DNA of 63,908 nt, the filler included, from Perkinsus chesapeaki ATCC PRA-425 (Eukaryota > Protista > Perkinsozoa), in NCBI GenBank assembly GCA_013115145.1. It is 4 parts of 4 records of this genome, joined end to end, with 100 filler letters (N's around TTAATTAATTAA, not from the genome) between each part and the next. Parts side by side here need not be neighbours in the genome. Positions count along the whole stretch, not along the records: positions 1 to 26,989 come from JAAPAO010000500.1; positions 27,090 to 58,672 come from JAAPAO010000417.1; 2 more parts are not named here. One strand, 5' to 3'. Each line of letters starts with the position of its first letter. The first letter of the stretch is position 1. Of the stretch, positions 25,010 through 38,252 are shown piece after piece. The translations under genes and the position numbers were made by a program. Under the pieces are notes generated by a model. The model saw nothing but the letters and a program-made list of their open reading frames with translations, was not told the DNA's origin and made no database searches.

Positions 25010-26113
25010 CTATTTTAGCCTGGCGATACCAACTCTTTTCCTATCTGGTTGGAATTCCAGATAATTGCCAAATAGCATGAAGTCTGGCAGTTGCCACACA
25101 TCTGTCTTGGAAGTCGAGATGAACAAATAGCACAACTCTCCAGCAACCGGAACATAGCTCTCATAAGTGATACTAAGCGGAACGTCCCCAGTTGGAGTCG
25201 ATAGCATAAAGTGTAGGGTCGGCATGTACTTCCTATACCTACAGTCAACTTCCCATACACCAACCTCCGATTCATATTCAATTTTAACCTTCTTCCTGGC
25301 GGAGGAGCTTGCCGCTTGTTCAATGCTTCCAATGAACTCCTCTAGTTTTGCTTGCGGGGAGAATATATAGTTGCATCCAGTATCTAGAAACACTCGACCA
25401 GCCACAACAAGTTTGGGACCCTTTCCAATTTGAACCGCACTCAGTTCCACCCGCCAAGCGTCATCACTCACTGTCGGAACAAATTGTAATGGCTGCTTAT
25501 AGAGAGACCTGTCACCACCACCAAGTATAAGTTCTCCTTTACCTTCGGTAGTCCCAGGTCGTCCGGGCTTTAAGTATAGAGCAAAGACTTCCTCTTTAAG
25601 CGGCAGTGGTAAGCGCTGCATGAGCTGCTTCAGAAGCGATGGATAGTTCTCATCAACGTCAGGACCCATACCAAGCAGCGCGTAGGGGCTGTTCTGAGAA
25701 GGGCTGAAGCCGGTAATCAAACCAAAATCAACGTCGTTGAAGATAGCTCTTCCAAGGCTGACAGTACCCGAGTGTTTGAATATTTCGAAGTATGTTGTGC
25801 CGCCGAATTCGACTACTGTTAATTCACTCGGCTTGCAAGGCCAAAGGCATTCATAACACTTGAAAAACAGCTTATCGCAAGCACCTCTTCCGGCAACTTT
25901 CTCATACTGAGTTTTCCACACCCAAAGCAGGTAGGAAGAGCCCGTGTCTACAAGAGCTTTCATCTCTTGCCCGTCTGCTATCATGGCTGTATAAAGTCCG
26001 AACCCTCGAGGGGTCTTATCGGTGATGAAGCTTCGGGTAAGAGGCTGCCTCAAAACTCCGTCGGCAATGCACTTGACCAAAATATCGGCGATTACAGCTA
26101 TCCAGATTGACAT
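25010..26113 (-). CDS. Pepsin-like A1 aspartic protease, copy 2 (intronless, secreted)
   Basis: Likely ATG at 26113 (MSIWIAVIADILVKC); VDTGSS and LDTGCN motifs; paralogous to 22048-23157. Confidence 0.9.
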   Translation of the reverse strand: MSIWIAVIADILVKCIADGVLRQPLTRSFITDKTPRGFGLYTAMIADGQEMKALVDTGSSYLLWVWKTQYEKVAGRGACDKLFFKCYECLWPCKPSELTVVEFGGTTYFEIFKHSGTVSLGRAIFNDVDFGLITGFSPSQNSPYALLGMGPDVDENYPSLLKQLMQRLPLPLKEEVFALYLKPGRPGTTEGKGELILGGGDRSLYKQPLQFVPTVSDDAWRVELSAVQIGKGPKLVVAGRVFLDTGCNYIFSPQAKLEEFIGSIEQAASSSARKKVKIEYESEVGVWEVDCRYRKYMPTLHFMLSTPTGDVPLSITYESYVPVAGELCYLFISTSKTDVWQLPDFMLFGNYLEFQPDRKRVGIARLK

Positions 26114-27089
26114 AATAACTATCGTGGTATACAGTACTATAGCGGCTATGAACGAGAAGAGCAATGTCTGCGCTGGCCCGTACGGGCTCCACGGGAGTCG
26201 CCCCCGCCAGCATTGTGTTACTCATGTGGGTGCTGGTGTATAAGCAATGCCAATACAGGTGTTTGATGCACCTTATGGTTTGAAAATCCAGTCCTGCAGG
26301 ATGCATGACTTAAAAGTTTGAATTCGGTCGGTGGCAGATAACCGCTCGTAGGCTGATACGATCGTGCCTAAGTGATGATCGCGTGAAGCAATTGCTAGGG
26401 CGCAGGCCGTGTGATACCACCACAAGAGAGCAGTGCTCGCAGAGCGCTAGCCATAAATGACCATGCTACAGCGCCGGTCGTTAAATAAAGAGGCTCTGTA
26501 ACAGAGCGCCAGCCGTGACTCACAGTTCAGGCATTCCAGTCATCGTGCGGAGGTTTCACCACCATTGTAGTATACTTGTGCTGCCTGTGCCACAGGCCCT
26601 GTGGTGTGCGATCCGCCCAGTGTCACACAACCAGAAGAGGCAACTGAATCGGGCAAAGGTTGCAGTATGAGATCGCGACCGTAAGCCAGCTCAGTGTGGG
26701 CTGCCCAAGCTCCACGAATGGAACCTTGCAATGAGTGATAGGTATGCTCTTCCCAGTCATGCAATCTTGTAAGCCGCACTCTCCGTGGCGCATTGAATAC
26801 AACGGTAGCGCATGCGTGCATGTTGTAAAGTTCACACAATTCCTAGACTCATCAGTCGTCTCTAAAGCGGTGCAATCGAATTGAGCAACCTGACTTTCTT
26901 GCTAAACTTGCCAACTTGCTCAATCCTACATTCTCTGCGAACGCTGCTGAGTTGCTCAAATCGATTTGCTTCTTTGCATTCTTCAAAGTNNNNNNNNNNN
27001 NNNNNNNNNNNNNNNNNNNNNNNNNNNNNNNNNTTAATTAATTAANNNNNNNNNNNNNNNNNNNNNNNNNNNNNNNNNNNNNNNNNNNN

Positions 27090-27520
27090 CACTGGTCCTC
27101 ACCCCTACACCCAACCGACTGATTCGATAGTGATTCATAAGGTTTCGAGAATCAACGGAACGGCTATTGATAGAAAGTCTCGTTAGAGGCCAGGGTCAAT
27201 AGGCGGGTAGGTGGTTCGAGAGCGGGCGCGCGCGCCCACTGGGTATTTGAGGTACTTACTTACCTGGTGTCTTCCCAAGTCAAGTGTTGAATTAGCATGT
27301 CATGTTTGATAATTTTTTTTCAAGTGGGTTGGGTGACGGGACGCTCCTTTGTTGGTAGTTTATAGTCCAATGGTAGTTTATATGCTTAAAGTTACGGAGC
27401 GCATCCCGTGACCGTGGCTCTGTGGGACATCTGCTGAGCCACTGGTCCTCACCCCTACACCCAACCGACTGATTCGATAGTGATTCATAAGGTTTCGAGA
27501 ATCAACGGAACGGCTATTGA
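27090..27520. repeat. About 81-bp direct repeat at 350-bp spacing next to a gap
   Basis: 27090-27170 is identical to 27440-27520 (cactggtcctcacccc...cggctattga). Confidence 0.8.
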
Positions 27521-28189
27521 TCATCAACCAATGTTTGACGTACGTGACACAAGGTTCGAACGCTCAAGCTCAACATGAGGTGATGCAAGATGCGCTGTGA
27601 GGCATGTTTCTTGACAGGAAGCACCTAGCCGCACACGAACCGGTGACACCGAATCGGCGTCGCCGACAGGATGCCACCGTGACGCCGGCAGTTTCACACC
27701 CCATACTTCGGGCAAATCAATCAGTGATCGACAGATTCTTTACTTTCGGCCGGTTCTCTCTATGCCATTCGTAGGAACCTTCCTCCTCATCATCAGTGCT
27801 GTCTTGGTAGTCACGAGATTTTGACCATCAGATCCTTCTGTTCTTTAGGCAAGTGTCAACGCGGAGCCTCCTAGGAGCTACTCACCGAGGTGAAATCTCA
27901 GACTTTCTTCCATCCAATGAAATATCTTCTATGGTGGCCAGCAGCAGCCGCCGGCTGCTAGCCGGCTGGGTTGCCTAGCCCTGGTGACGGACGGATGATC
28001 ACATGTTGCCGCAACTGAAAACCCCTCTGCCGTATCGTAACGCTATATCGTCTCTAGTTTTCTACTGCTATGTTAGCAGTGCAATCTTCATCTTGGAAAG
28101 TTTGTCGGCCTGATCACCCTCAGCTGAGTACTGAGCATTCTGGCACTTCTGTCATATAGTATTGCCCCTTGAATTGAGAGTCTTGGTCT

Positions 28190-30348
28190 TGCCGGTGTCA
28201 TCTTGTACGGTGCCACGTGGACATATGTTCCAATTCTACGTCATTCAGGGAGCAGTCGACAGGCGCTGTGCAACCACCTCTACAAGGGACGCCTGCCCTT
28301 ATACCTAGACAAGACCCTATGGCGGTCTTCGAAGCTTTCGTGTCTCAAAGAGGTAAGTAACCCTTGGTCGACCGTATTTCTGGAGTCGTCATGTTGACCA
28401 TCAGGACGTGTGTACACCGCCGGCGAAGAATCCCAACACTTGGAGAACTATAAAAAGGAGTTAATGAAGCGTCCCAACTCGGTGTCGCTCGTGGAACTGC
28501 AAGATATATTCGACGAAAGCAGGCCGGCTATAATGCAGAGCGTAGTTGATGAGATCAATTCCAAACAAAATACGTGGAAAGCCTCGATAGAGCAAGGAAG
28601 GCTTAAAGGTGCTTAAACTTGCTTAGACTCTCCCTACTTCAGTTATCTTTAGGCGCTTCCATACGGGATGTTCACCACCAAGTGTAAGTGTACCACCAAG
28701 ACTGTGTGGTACACTTACAAATGCAACTCAAGTGGTCTTGGGAGAGGTTTACTCGACGGTAAAGACTGTACCTGACGACTTGCCTAGTACCTTCGATGCT
28801 CGCTTACATTTCGGTGAGTGCAAAGATATCATTGGACATATCAGGTAAGCAGAATACTATCACTTGCCGCGATCAATGGATTCCCCTCAGGGATCAATCT
28901 GAATGCGGCTCGTGTTGGGCAGTAGCACCTACGTCAGCCTTCAATGATAGACTTTGTATCGCGACAAAAGGGGCATTCCAACAGCTATTATCTGCTGGGC
29001 ACATGCTTGCTTGCTGCCGCCCGCCCGACTGTCAGTAATGATCAGCAAATAGTAGCCAGTGGCTACTATTTGCTGATCATGACTATTTATGATTGACTAC
29101 TGATTGACTATTTATGTGGCTACTAGCCACATAAATTCACTGACTCATTGCGTCAAGCTAACTGCTTGTGAAATTATCAGTAATGATAATTATAGTACGA
29201 CACACGCAGTGCCGATGCAGTGCGTCGAAGTGAAATTGGTAAAGTATACGGGTGGGCCCTTGTAGCCCGGTACCTGTACGTTGCACCGAACTGTGACGTG
29301 GTTGAGAACTGCACGTGGTACAAGCCGGAGGTCTCGCTCACTGGGGTGCCAGAGGTTCGCGGCGCAATCCGCACGTTGTTTATATGTGCTGGAGGCTTTG
29401 TCGTAGAAGCCTTCTGCTTTCACCTCCATCGCCGTTCCGTGAGGCCTCAACAATTGTTTCTAACAGACGTGCCAAGTATGTTTAGGATATTTTACGACGG
29501 CAATCGTTTAGGTCATTCGGATGTACCAGCGGGAGCCAAGTATCAGCATGGTTCTTCCTCCGCAAGGGAGTGGTTTCAGGTGATGAGGAACCATGCCAAT
29601 CTCTTAGCCTCGTTGGGTCAAACGAAGTTAATTCAGGTGGTGATTATGCGGCGAAAGATGAGATGACAAAAGCCGATGGTTGCTGGCCGTACAACTTCCC
29701 CAAGTGTGCTCATGATATTATAAGCCACAAGTATCCCCCGTGCACGAAGGTATGTGAACGATTTGGTCCATCGGTCGTGATTTGCGGTTTCAGAATGTAC
29801 CCGAGACGCCTGATTGCGTGGACAGTTGCCCGAACCAAAAGTATACGACATCCTTCGATAAGTAAGCTCCGAAGGATTTATCGATTCGATGTCTCTGTTT
29901 GAAGTGATCTCCATCGTACCTCTGCCTATCCTCGCAGCTTTCAAGACCCTCCAAGTATAAAAAGTGAGATCATGGCCAACGGTCCGGTGAGTCGGGCATT
30001 GGTCACTCCATATTGCTTGCTGTCCTATTATGTGCCAAGCTTGACTATAATGGGATCGAAACAGTGAAGTGTGATATACTACAACGATCTTTAAATCAGG
30101 TATCGGCATCTATGAAGGTATACGAGGACTTCCTCACTTATAAATCTGGTGTCTATAGTCATATGACAGGGGCGGAACTCGGAAGTCATGGCGTGAAGAT
30201 AATCGGCTGGGGCAATGAAGGCGGGGAAGACTTTTGGTTGGTTGTTAACTCCTGGAATGAAGAGTGGGGTGAGCACGGCTTGTTCAAGATCAAAATTGGC
30301 GATAGCGGGATCGAAGAAGCAGTTCTCGGCGCAAAAATACAAGAATGA
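28190..30348 (+). pseudogene. Cathepsin B-like cysteine protease (C1A), apparently disrupted in the propeptide; start approximate
   Basis: DDLPSTFDAR, RDQSECGSCWA (catalytic Cys), occluding-loop GCWPYNFPKCAH, YKSGVY, GSHGVKIIGWG (His) and VNSWNEEWG (Asn). A templated insertion at about 28680-28720 introduces a stop/frameshift under the most parsimonious splicing. Confidence 0.75.
29038..29136. other. Long-armed paired palindromic scar, inferred TSD GTAGCCAC
   Basis: 21-bp arm + G + 21-bp arm (29038-29080) and 13-bp arm + C + 13-bp arm (29110-29136). Confidence 0.75.
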
Positions 30349-33300
30349 TATTTTACGTAGCCGTTGGAGCCATTAAGCTTAGCCCGAGCAATAATGTTAC
30401 GTGTAGTCTGACATTTGCCTCATCCCGTCTTAAACTACACCGCTCTACGAGCTTGGAGACATCCTCATTAGCTTTGTCTTTTTACACTTGTCAATCCGGT
30501 TCAATAGCGTCACATATGATGTATTGTGTTTGAATACGAATCAATTTATACATATTATTTCACAAATGGGCCGGGCAACCGCCGATAGGACTTAAGACCC
30601 TTATCGCAAATAGGACTCAAGATGCTAATCGTCAATACCACTTAAGATGCTTATTGCCAGATCCTTGAAACCCCTCTCAAGATTTCTGAACTGATCAAGT
30701 AGGTCATGAGCTTGATCCCCAATTAACGTCATTGCGTCATTGCAACTCATATTTCGAGTTACAAATCCGCACTCTCCGCGCAGTAGACACTTTCTCGTAT
30801 TTCTGTGTGGCACATATAGCTGCCAGTATGTCTCCAAATAACTACCACATTGACGAGCAATTCGTACGACAGTTAAAAAACCTCGCTGAAACAATTCAAG
30901 GTTCTGATTCCTACTATTCTATCTCATCCACGGCGGATGAGATAGATATGATCCGCTCACCCACCTACCTATCAATCACATCTTCGGCGATCCATTAACC
31001 GAGCTGGACTTGGTGAGAAAATCGAACGATTGGCGATTGAATCTGATAAGACAGGAGCATTGCCGCTCTTGCTGACTTGGTGAATCATGCGTAAAAGTAC
31101 TCGTTGGGAATTGAAACCCAGGTTAACCAACAATAGCAATAACAAAGGTCTTTGGCAAAGATAGTGCATTTACGTGGGGTTAATTTCCCACAGTCCTCCA
31201 AATCAACTCTGCCAATATCACGCATTTGTCACAATTTGGCAATTCTATGCCCCGAACTCGAGGAGCCTCGTTTATATGTGGTCAACTTAAATACACTGTA
31301 AATGCCAGACGCTTCGTAAATCTATCCGGAGTGTTAAAGGCTGCAACTGGAACTGCAAATCTTGCAACACGAATTATACGCTGCCTTACAGTACTATCGA
31401 TCACCAAATATCTTACTATTAATCTTGATATACCTTACATTAAGTGTCCTATTAGTAAATAGCGAATACTAAGCTGTTTCATAACATTTCATATCGTTAA
31501 AGTACACAACGAATTGAAAGCAACGAGATCGATTTGTTAACACACCACCCTTTCTACAACAGCACAAATTATACGGAAAATTATCCCAAATATGTTTCAT
31601 GAATTGGGTATCTTACAATATAAGATACTTCTCACCTCGCCAATCGCTCATCTGTATCAGATACCCAACCAGCATTCATCAACTCGATCGATGATCTCCG
31701 TTTCTCTCGATTCGGAAGTAATCTACGCTGCTTCAAAGCACCCAGTTTGTTACGCCTGAAAAGAAGAAAATTTACAAATCTGAAATTCCATACGAATTCT
31801 GAACATGTACACCAAAAAACACAGTTCAAGTCTGTGACACACGCGTGTTTCACAATAACTACTGATCTACTGCCCCAAGCAAACGGTTACATTAATGGAG
31901 CAGAAAGCTATAGCATGTCGCGATAAAGAAGAGCCAAGGACCAGACCCGGCACTTCACAGTTCGTGTCTGAGACATGCCCCAGCTACTATTGGCCGTTGA
32001 GCCTAGAAGTCCTAGCAGCAGATGCATAGTCGAACAGTTACACCACAGCGAGAGCAGGAAACTATAGCATACCCCAGCTACTGAGGCTCAGCGTCGGCAC
32101 TACGGCAAAGAACCGAACCCGGGATCTCACAGAAGCCTCGGCAACGGATCAATCTCTTTCAGTTTTTCCGGTTTCGATACACGACGCTGCAGCCCTTCCA
32201 TTTGCTTCACACCATTTCGACCAGCGGTGATCTCCATCAGTTTCAGACCAACCTGACCCAAGTTCGACCCCTGGTGGCGACAATTCTTTCTCACCAAATT
32301 AGCCCTCGGATCAGCCACCATCAATTTAGTAATAAAAGTTATGTCCTGCGCCATCGGCACGAGCAAGACAATAATGTCCTCCTGATATATAGAATCATCA
32401 GACAATTCGAAATTACTATTTTTTGTATATCCACTTTTCTCGTATGATTACAAATATGATTGTCACTGACAACTTATCAGGGAAAACTAATATACTATCA
32501 CTGATAATACAGTATTATGTATATATTAAATACATATATATTACTATATATATTACTATAATGCAAGTATCCTTAAGTCTCAAAATTAAAGTCCCAATTT
32601 CTCATCCAACACCAACAGAATCGCACTTTACAAGGATTCAAAAGGCGAAAAGAAAATTCGGGCACAACATCTGCACAATTTGCCAAAAATATTTTCTCGC
32701 TTACCATGAGCATTTCAACATATCGCTTAGGCGGGGTCACCGTTGACTCAAATGGAACGCTCTTACCGCGCAGCAATGCGTATCCTTCCCTCTCGTTTAC
32801 CAACCTAAGTAGACACATACTTGCATGCTTCTCAGTAATACCGAGGCTTAAAGCTGCAGCCACCGGTAGTATTACTGCGAACTCAACGTGCAGTGTATTA
32901 TGCCTGCAACCTACCAAACCTTAGTTCTCTCCCGACGTAGAGCGGGAAGTCAAAATTGTACGATATTTTGACCAGGGAAACTCAATGCGATCAATATCGA
33001 TCAACCGTTTCATGGGCCGATCAATTTGCACACACTGCATACCATGATATATAGATTGTATATCGAACCTACCCTCAGCTCTCGCGGCTCATGCACGAAA
33101 CTTTCTATTTTCTTTTTACCGAATGTCCCCACATTTTTACCATCTCCCTCGAAACCCGGGCCGGGTTTCGAGGGAAGAAATCGCTCATTTTTCTTACCAC
33201 TTGATTTCCAAATTGACTTGTCGTTTCCTCAGCACCATCGGCACATCCACCGACGCTCTGAGGACGCTCGAGAACGCATTAATCTCCTACAAACGGAAAA

Positions 33301-35459
33301 TGCCCCGACACTTCTGCATCACAATAACTCACTTTTCGAGAAATCACCTCGGCACTTCCAGGAAAAATAGCTGTCTCGATCGCCGTGCAGACATCCAAAA
33401 AATCGCCATGAATCAGACCAGATGATCGCATTGTGAAGATTCTACTGCCAGCCGATGGCCTCAACCTGATTCAAACATTGTCGTGATGAAATAATGACAT
33501 CAGTAATCGAAATGAGAATATGGCATACAATAATGGCTGTTGGTGAGGAAAGTGAATTATGAGGTAAAAATTATTTCTAATTAAATTCTACCGGATAATG
33601 AATATTTATTCCTCCGATGGAATCCTAGCTTATGACACATTTATGTAGATATTATATGCACCATATCAAAGGATGCGCTTCTATATCTTTTACATTAAGG
33701 ATGAATCATCTATCTTTTAAATGATCATCAAAGGGCGCATCTTTCATGGCAGTTTTGATCAGCTTAGAATTACCAAAAGATACTCCAAAACTGCCGCTGA
33801 TAAATCATGCTCCTATCCACTTCATATCAGTTCCTCAGCTGCCTATCACGAGTCTCGCGATTTTTCCAAAGATGTAATTTTAGTCTAAAAAATATAAAGA
33901 CTATAATGTAATATCTTCCAATTGTCATCAATTCCAAGTATATCGCAGGCAACAAAAATCACAAATGATCTCTCACCATATCTTTATTTTTCCTTCATGT
34001 CCACCACCGGAATTCTTCAACTCGAATTTTCTATCATCCACCAACTTTAACAGCAACGCATCAATCTCATTCACATAACCCTCTAAACGCTTGAATACTC
34101 GATGTTTGCGGATCTAGGAGAAAACGTCACTGCGCCACGAAATTAGCTACCGCAATTGGTTACCATAATAACATCTTTGTCATCTGCAGTAGCGAGGAAT
34201 CTCTTCATGATTTCTTCAGCTACGAAAATCTGACTTGCAAATCTTGCAAATCTTGCATTTTCTCAACGCGTCCGGCTTTTCCCGGTAAATCCTCATACAG
34301 TACTGGGTTATTCCCCCCATTAGAACATCCAAATTCACTGGTTGAATGACCACAACAAATAGCGCACTCAACAATGCCCAACACTGTGCCAGATAATAAA
34401 ATGGCGCGCGGTCATTGCGATGTCCGGCCGACTCTCTGCGATTTAAATGGATGGATGTGTGAGTGCCATTGTTGGATAGTGTGGCGGTATTAAGTGTATT
34501 ACAGGTAAAGAGACCAGATGAATAAGGACTTAAATATAATAGCTGATATATATAGATATGTATGGAGCAACATAGCTTTCAACAACTTGCATCAAAATTG
34601 AGTATAATAGTCGGACAGCTTCCGCAAAAATGAGATGATATTATATACTCTATATAAAATTTCGAATATATCTTATCAGCAGCGAATGTCGCAAGAAAGA
34701 TTGGCGCTCCGCCACTGGCGGGTTACCGCGATAACTATAACCGAGTTCAGGAGTGCGGCGGAGAGGAATGGACATGATGGCACGAAGAGTTTTCACCGAA
34801 CGGGACTCTTGGGCTTGACTAGTACTCCCACAGAGAGCTAATTGGCATCCCAATTCAAGTCTCCTTATCTAGAAGCGCTCCTCGGAGGAGCCTCACCCCT
34901 GTGAGATTTCCTTACTTCATCATTATCCAACATCTCTCCGATTTTCACCACCAATCTGGCCATCACCTCTCCGCGATTCGTAGTCAATCTTGGTAGCCCT
35001 GATGCAAGCCATGATTTCGACCGGTTGGCGCGATCACCCCACCACCGATATCATTCAGCTTCACTCACACCCGTTAGATGTTCTATACCTTATATGTAGT
35101 TAGGGACGCTGTTTGTTGTGTACTGCTGGTGGATCCCACCGTGCCCGCAACGCAGAAGATCCATATAGATAAATTGTTATTAGTAATATATAAATCTATA
35201 CGTCGATCATAGGTACTCTAAAAGGGTATTTAAGTTTGATACGTTATCACGCATATTTCTTTCAAATCTTAAAAAACTATAAATTTTTGTCATGACCGTT
35301 TATATTCCCCATACAATAAAGATTTATCGAAGACATAGTTTTCATCTCAATATTAGTCACCAGCTGAACTAAATAACGTCGCGAGGACCTCCCAATGCGA
35401 AATGTATGTAAACTTCCAGCACTCATTGGCAGTGCCGGCGGACTGGAGTGCCACACTCC

Positions 35460-35795
35460 CTCCAAGGCGATCCTACTGACAAGTCGGCAAGTAGTCCCCG
35501 AACTCGACGTGATGAAATTCAGATGACATCACAATACGTGCCATTTCTTAACAACCCCGCTGGACCAGAAGATGTCTCCAAGTGGGCTTACCTGGCGATG
35601 CGGAGCCTCTTGCCGAGAATGCACGTCGAAGAGCTGGCAAGGGGGAGGAGCCTGGCAATACGTTTCAAGTCTCATCAGCATAATCAACTGACCTACCCTC
35701 CACAACCCTATCTGATGATGGTCTCCTCGGAACGAGATCCATCGTATCTGACATCCCTGAGTGATGCCAGAGATATCTTCACATCGTTTTATTGA
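35460..35795 (+). CDS. Exon-like ORF of an unidentified gene in the AT-rich block
   Basis: GC-richer open frame bounded by AT-rich sequence; no family recognised. Confidence 0.3.
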   Translation, partial: LQGDPTDKSASSPRTRRDEIQMTSQYVPFLNNPAGPEDVSKWAYLAMRSLLPRMHVEELARGRSLAIRFKSHQHNQLTYPPQPYLMMVSSERDPSYLTSLSDARDIFTSFY

Positions 35796-36260
35796 AATCA
35801 TCGTCAGACTAATCTCATATCATGCGTATGAAACTTGACCACATCAGGTTCAATTTTCTGTCAATAATTTCACAGCAGCGAAGGCTTCACTACATAGCCT
35901 CTAGATACACCGCAACTCACCCGATACGGTTTCAATAACTATTTCCTTCTCATTCTCGTACACTCGTAGCTTCACACGCTTGTTGCTTGTGTCAACTTCA
36001 TACAACTGTCTGACATCAACGCGCTAAATACAAAGGAAGCCGCATCGCGAGAAGAAGTAGTAGCGACCCTTCCAGTTCTAATTGAGTTCATTTCAGCATA
36101 CACAAATACGGCAAACTGACCTCTTGTCATCTGTTTCGTTCCGGTCTGGACTATTTCCCCCAGCTCTCGTGCTCCCCGATGTGGATTCCTGAAGTATTAT
36201 AACCATCATCAATAGGATTTTTTTTGATAAGTTCGACTACTTATGATAGTTGAACTCTTA

Positions 36261-36515
36261 TATTAGTTATATAACTTCACCGAGTTGCTTACTTCACTAA
36301 TAAAATTCGCCGACCGAAATCGATAGAGCTGCATAGCGAAGGACAGACTCTCGTTTATCAATTCGTATAGTTGAAGAAACCATACTAGTTATATTAGTTA
36401 TATAACTTCACCGATTTGATTACTTCACAAACAACCAGCTTCAGACCGAAATTGATGGAACGGTGATTCAGAACATGCTCTCACTTATCAATTCGTACAG
36501 TTGAAGAAACCATAC
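36261..36515. repeat. Imperfect 131-bp tandem duplication
   Basis: tattagttatataacttcaccga...tcaattcgta(t/c)agttgaagaaaccatac occurs at 36261 and 36392. Confidence 0.75.
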
Positions 36516-38186
36516 CCTTCACCCCGGACCATCCCATGAATTATAAAATGCAATGTGGTACATATAAGCCTAAATAATATAGGATACACTTCCAAGTTAC
36601 ACATATACGATATAAACTATTAATAACAAACCACTAAACTAACTATTAAATTACTGACTAAATTAATGATAACTATTAATATCAAACCCCTAAACTAACT
36701 ATTAACTGGATATGACTAAATTAATCTATTATTCACTATCAATATCATTAATATATATACATCCTGTTATACATATATATATAATATAAAAATTATTTAC
36801 TATTTAGTATCATTATTAATATTATATATAATATGTATTAACATGTATCCTATGTAGTATAATAGGTTGCTCTGACTTCCCCCACGCGTGCACCGCATCC
36901 ATTCATTTCTTCGTTCTGGGTAGGCATATGAGCCTGCGGTTGGTCCCCTTTTATTCTATCACGGAGCTGTTCCGGAAGCTTTAAACCTCTTACGCGGTGA
37001 CTATATAAACTATATCAGATTCGGCGTCCTCGCAAACCTACCTCGAATGATCTTAATGATTTTGTCGGTGATGAGAATGATTCTTCAACTTCTACAATAA
37101 CGCCTAAAACTAATCACTAAATTCTTTTTCATATCCACATACTCACTTCGCTCCAATTTCCTATCGGTGTTGATTCCCGTCAAAGAGTCGCCAATGCAAA
37201 GAGAAACGCACATAACAAAAAAGAAGAACAGCAAACCGATCAACTGCGATTAATTCACAGGTGGCCGGAGGCGACGAAGCTGATTTGCGATAACAAAGAG
37301 TGGGAACTTGCATTACGAAATTCTGCTTCGATGACAATACCAGCTTTTTAGAACTCTTCGTTCAAGGAGTTGCCACGCTCCAGATGAAGTACTTTAATAA
37401 TTATTATTAATATAATACTTATCATAATAATATGATACTAAATAATTTACATATCAAATCTATTATACTTTAATAATTATCCTTTGTTATTTAAATGACA
37501 TAACATCAAGGAAGCTGTAATGATCTGGAAACTTACAAAACTTCCCTCCTTCCTCGAGGACTAGCAAATCAACTATGTACCAGCATTCTTCTCCCAACCT
37601 TCGCACTAGAAACAATTCCCTCACTCATCACCACCAAACCCACATGAGCTGCGCCCTTCTTAAAATATATTAACTAACTACAGCTCGACAAACAAGGTTT
37701 TGGAGAGCAAGAAGTGAAACGAATTGGTAGGAGGTGCAAGTTTGCAAGATACAGTGCATCCTGGGTGGTGCGGTCTAGCTCAAGTGTTCTGCTATGCGAG
37801 CTAACTGTTATGACATGTACTTGTACAGTTGTTGTTCTATAATCGATATGATTGATAGCAGTCATGCTAAAGTTGTATTCCGGCCGAATAAGGTCATTGT
37901 ACTTGGTTGTTGTTATTGTTGAGGGCAGAACGTGCCCTATAATAGTATAGTCCTATGGCCCTGAGCCTGTTGTGCTCGCAAGCTAGTCACATTGTACTTG
38001 GTATTCCTATCATTTCCTATTTCATTAATTATCTTCATCCTTCTAATTCATAATAAGACATAGAATTTATAATACAGTTATTTTTAACCTTATTATTTCC
38101 TGAATTTATTAACCATCTATATTAATTATTTGTATTATATTTAATGCTTTCAATGTTATATAGTTATTATGGTCGTGGACTATAAT

Positions 38187-38252
38187 GTATAACCCAGGAT
38201 CGAACCCGCGACCTTACCCTCCATAAGCATCAACCTTAACCGCTACGCCAAA
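38187..38252 (-). other. tRNA-like Pol III A/B-box head (degenerate; SINE-like)
   Basis: Minus strand TGGCGTAGCGGTTAAGG...GGTTCGATCC; no proper acceptor stem. Confidence 0.55.

Noticed and set aside
26426-26447. Degenerate scar candidates with two mismatches (also about 34877 and 53504)
   Set aside because: Compatible with aged scars but too weak individually; excluded from the counts.
27034-27045. TTAATTAATTAA palindrome in the middle of N runs (also 58717-58728 and 62660-62671)
   Set aside because: Artificial six-frame stop spacer used to join contigs. Adjacency across these points is not evidence of linkage.
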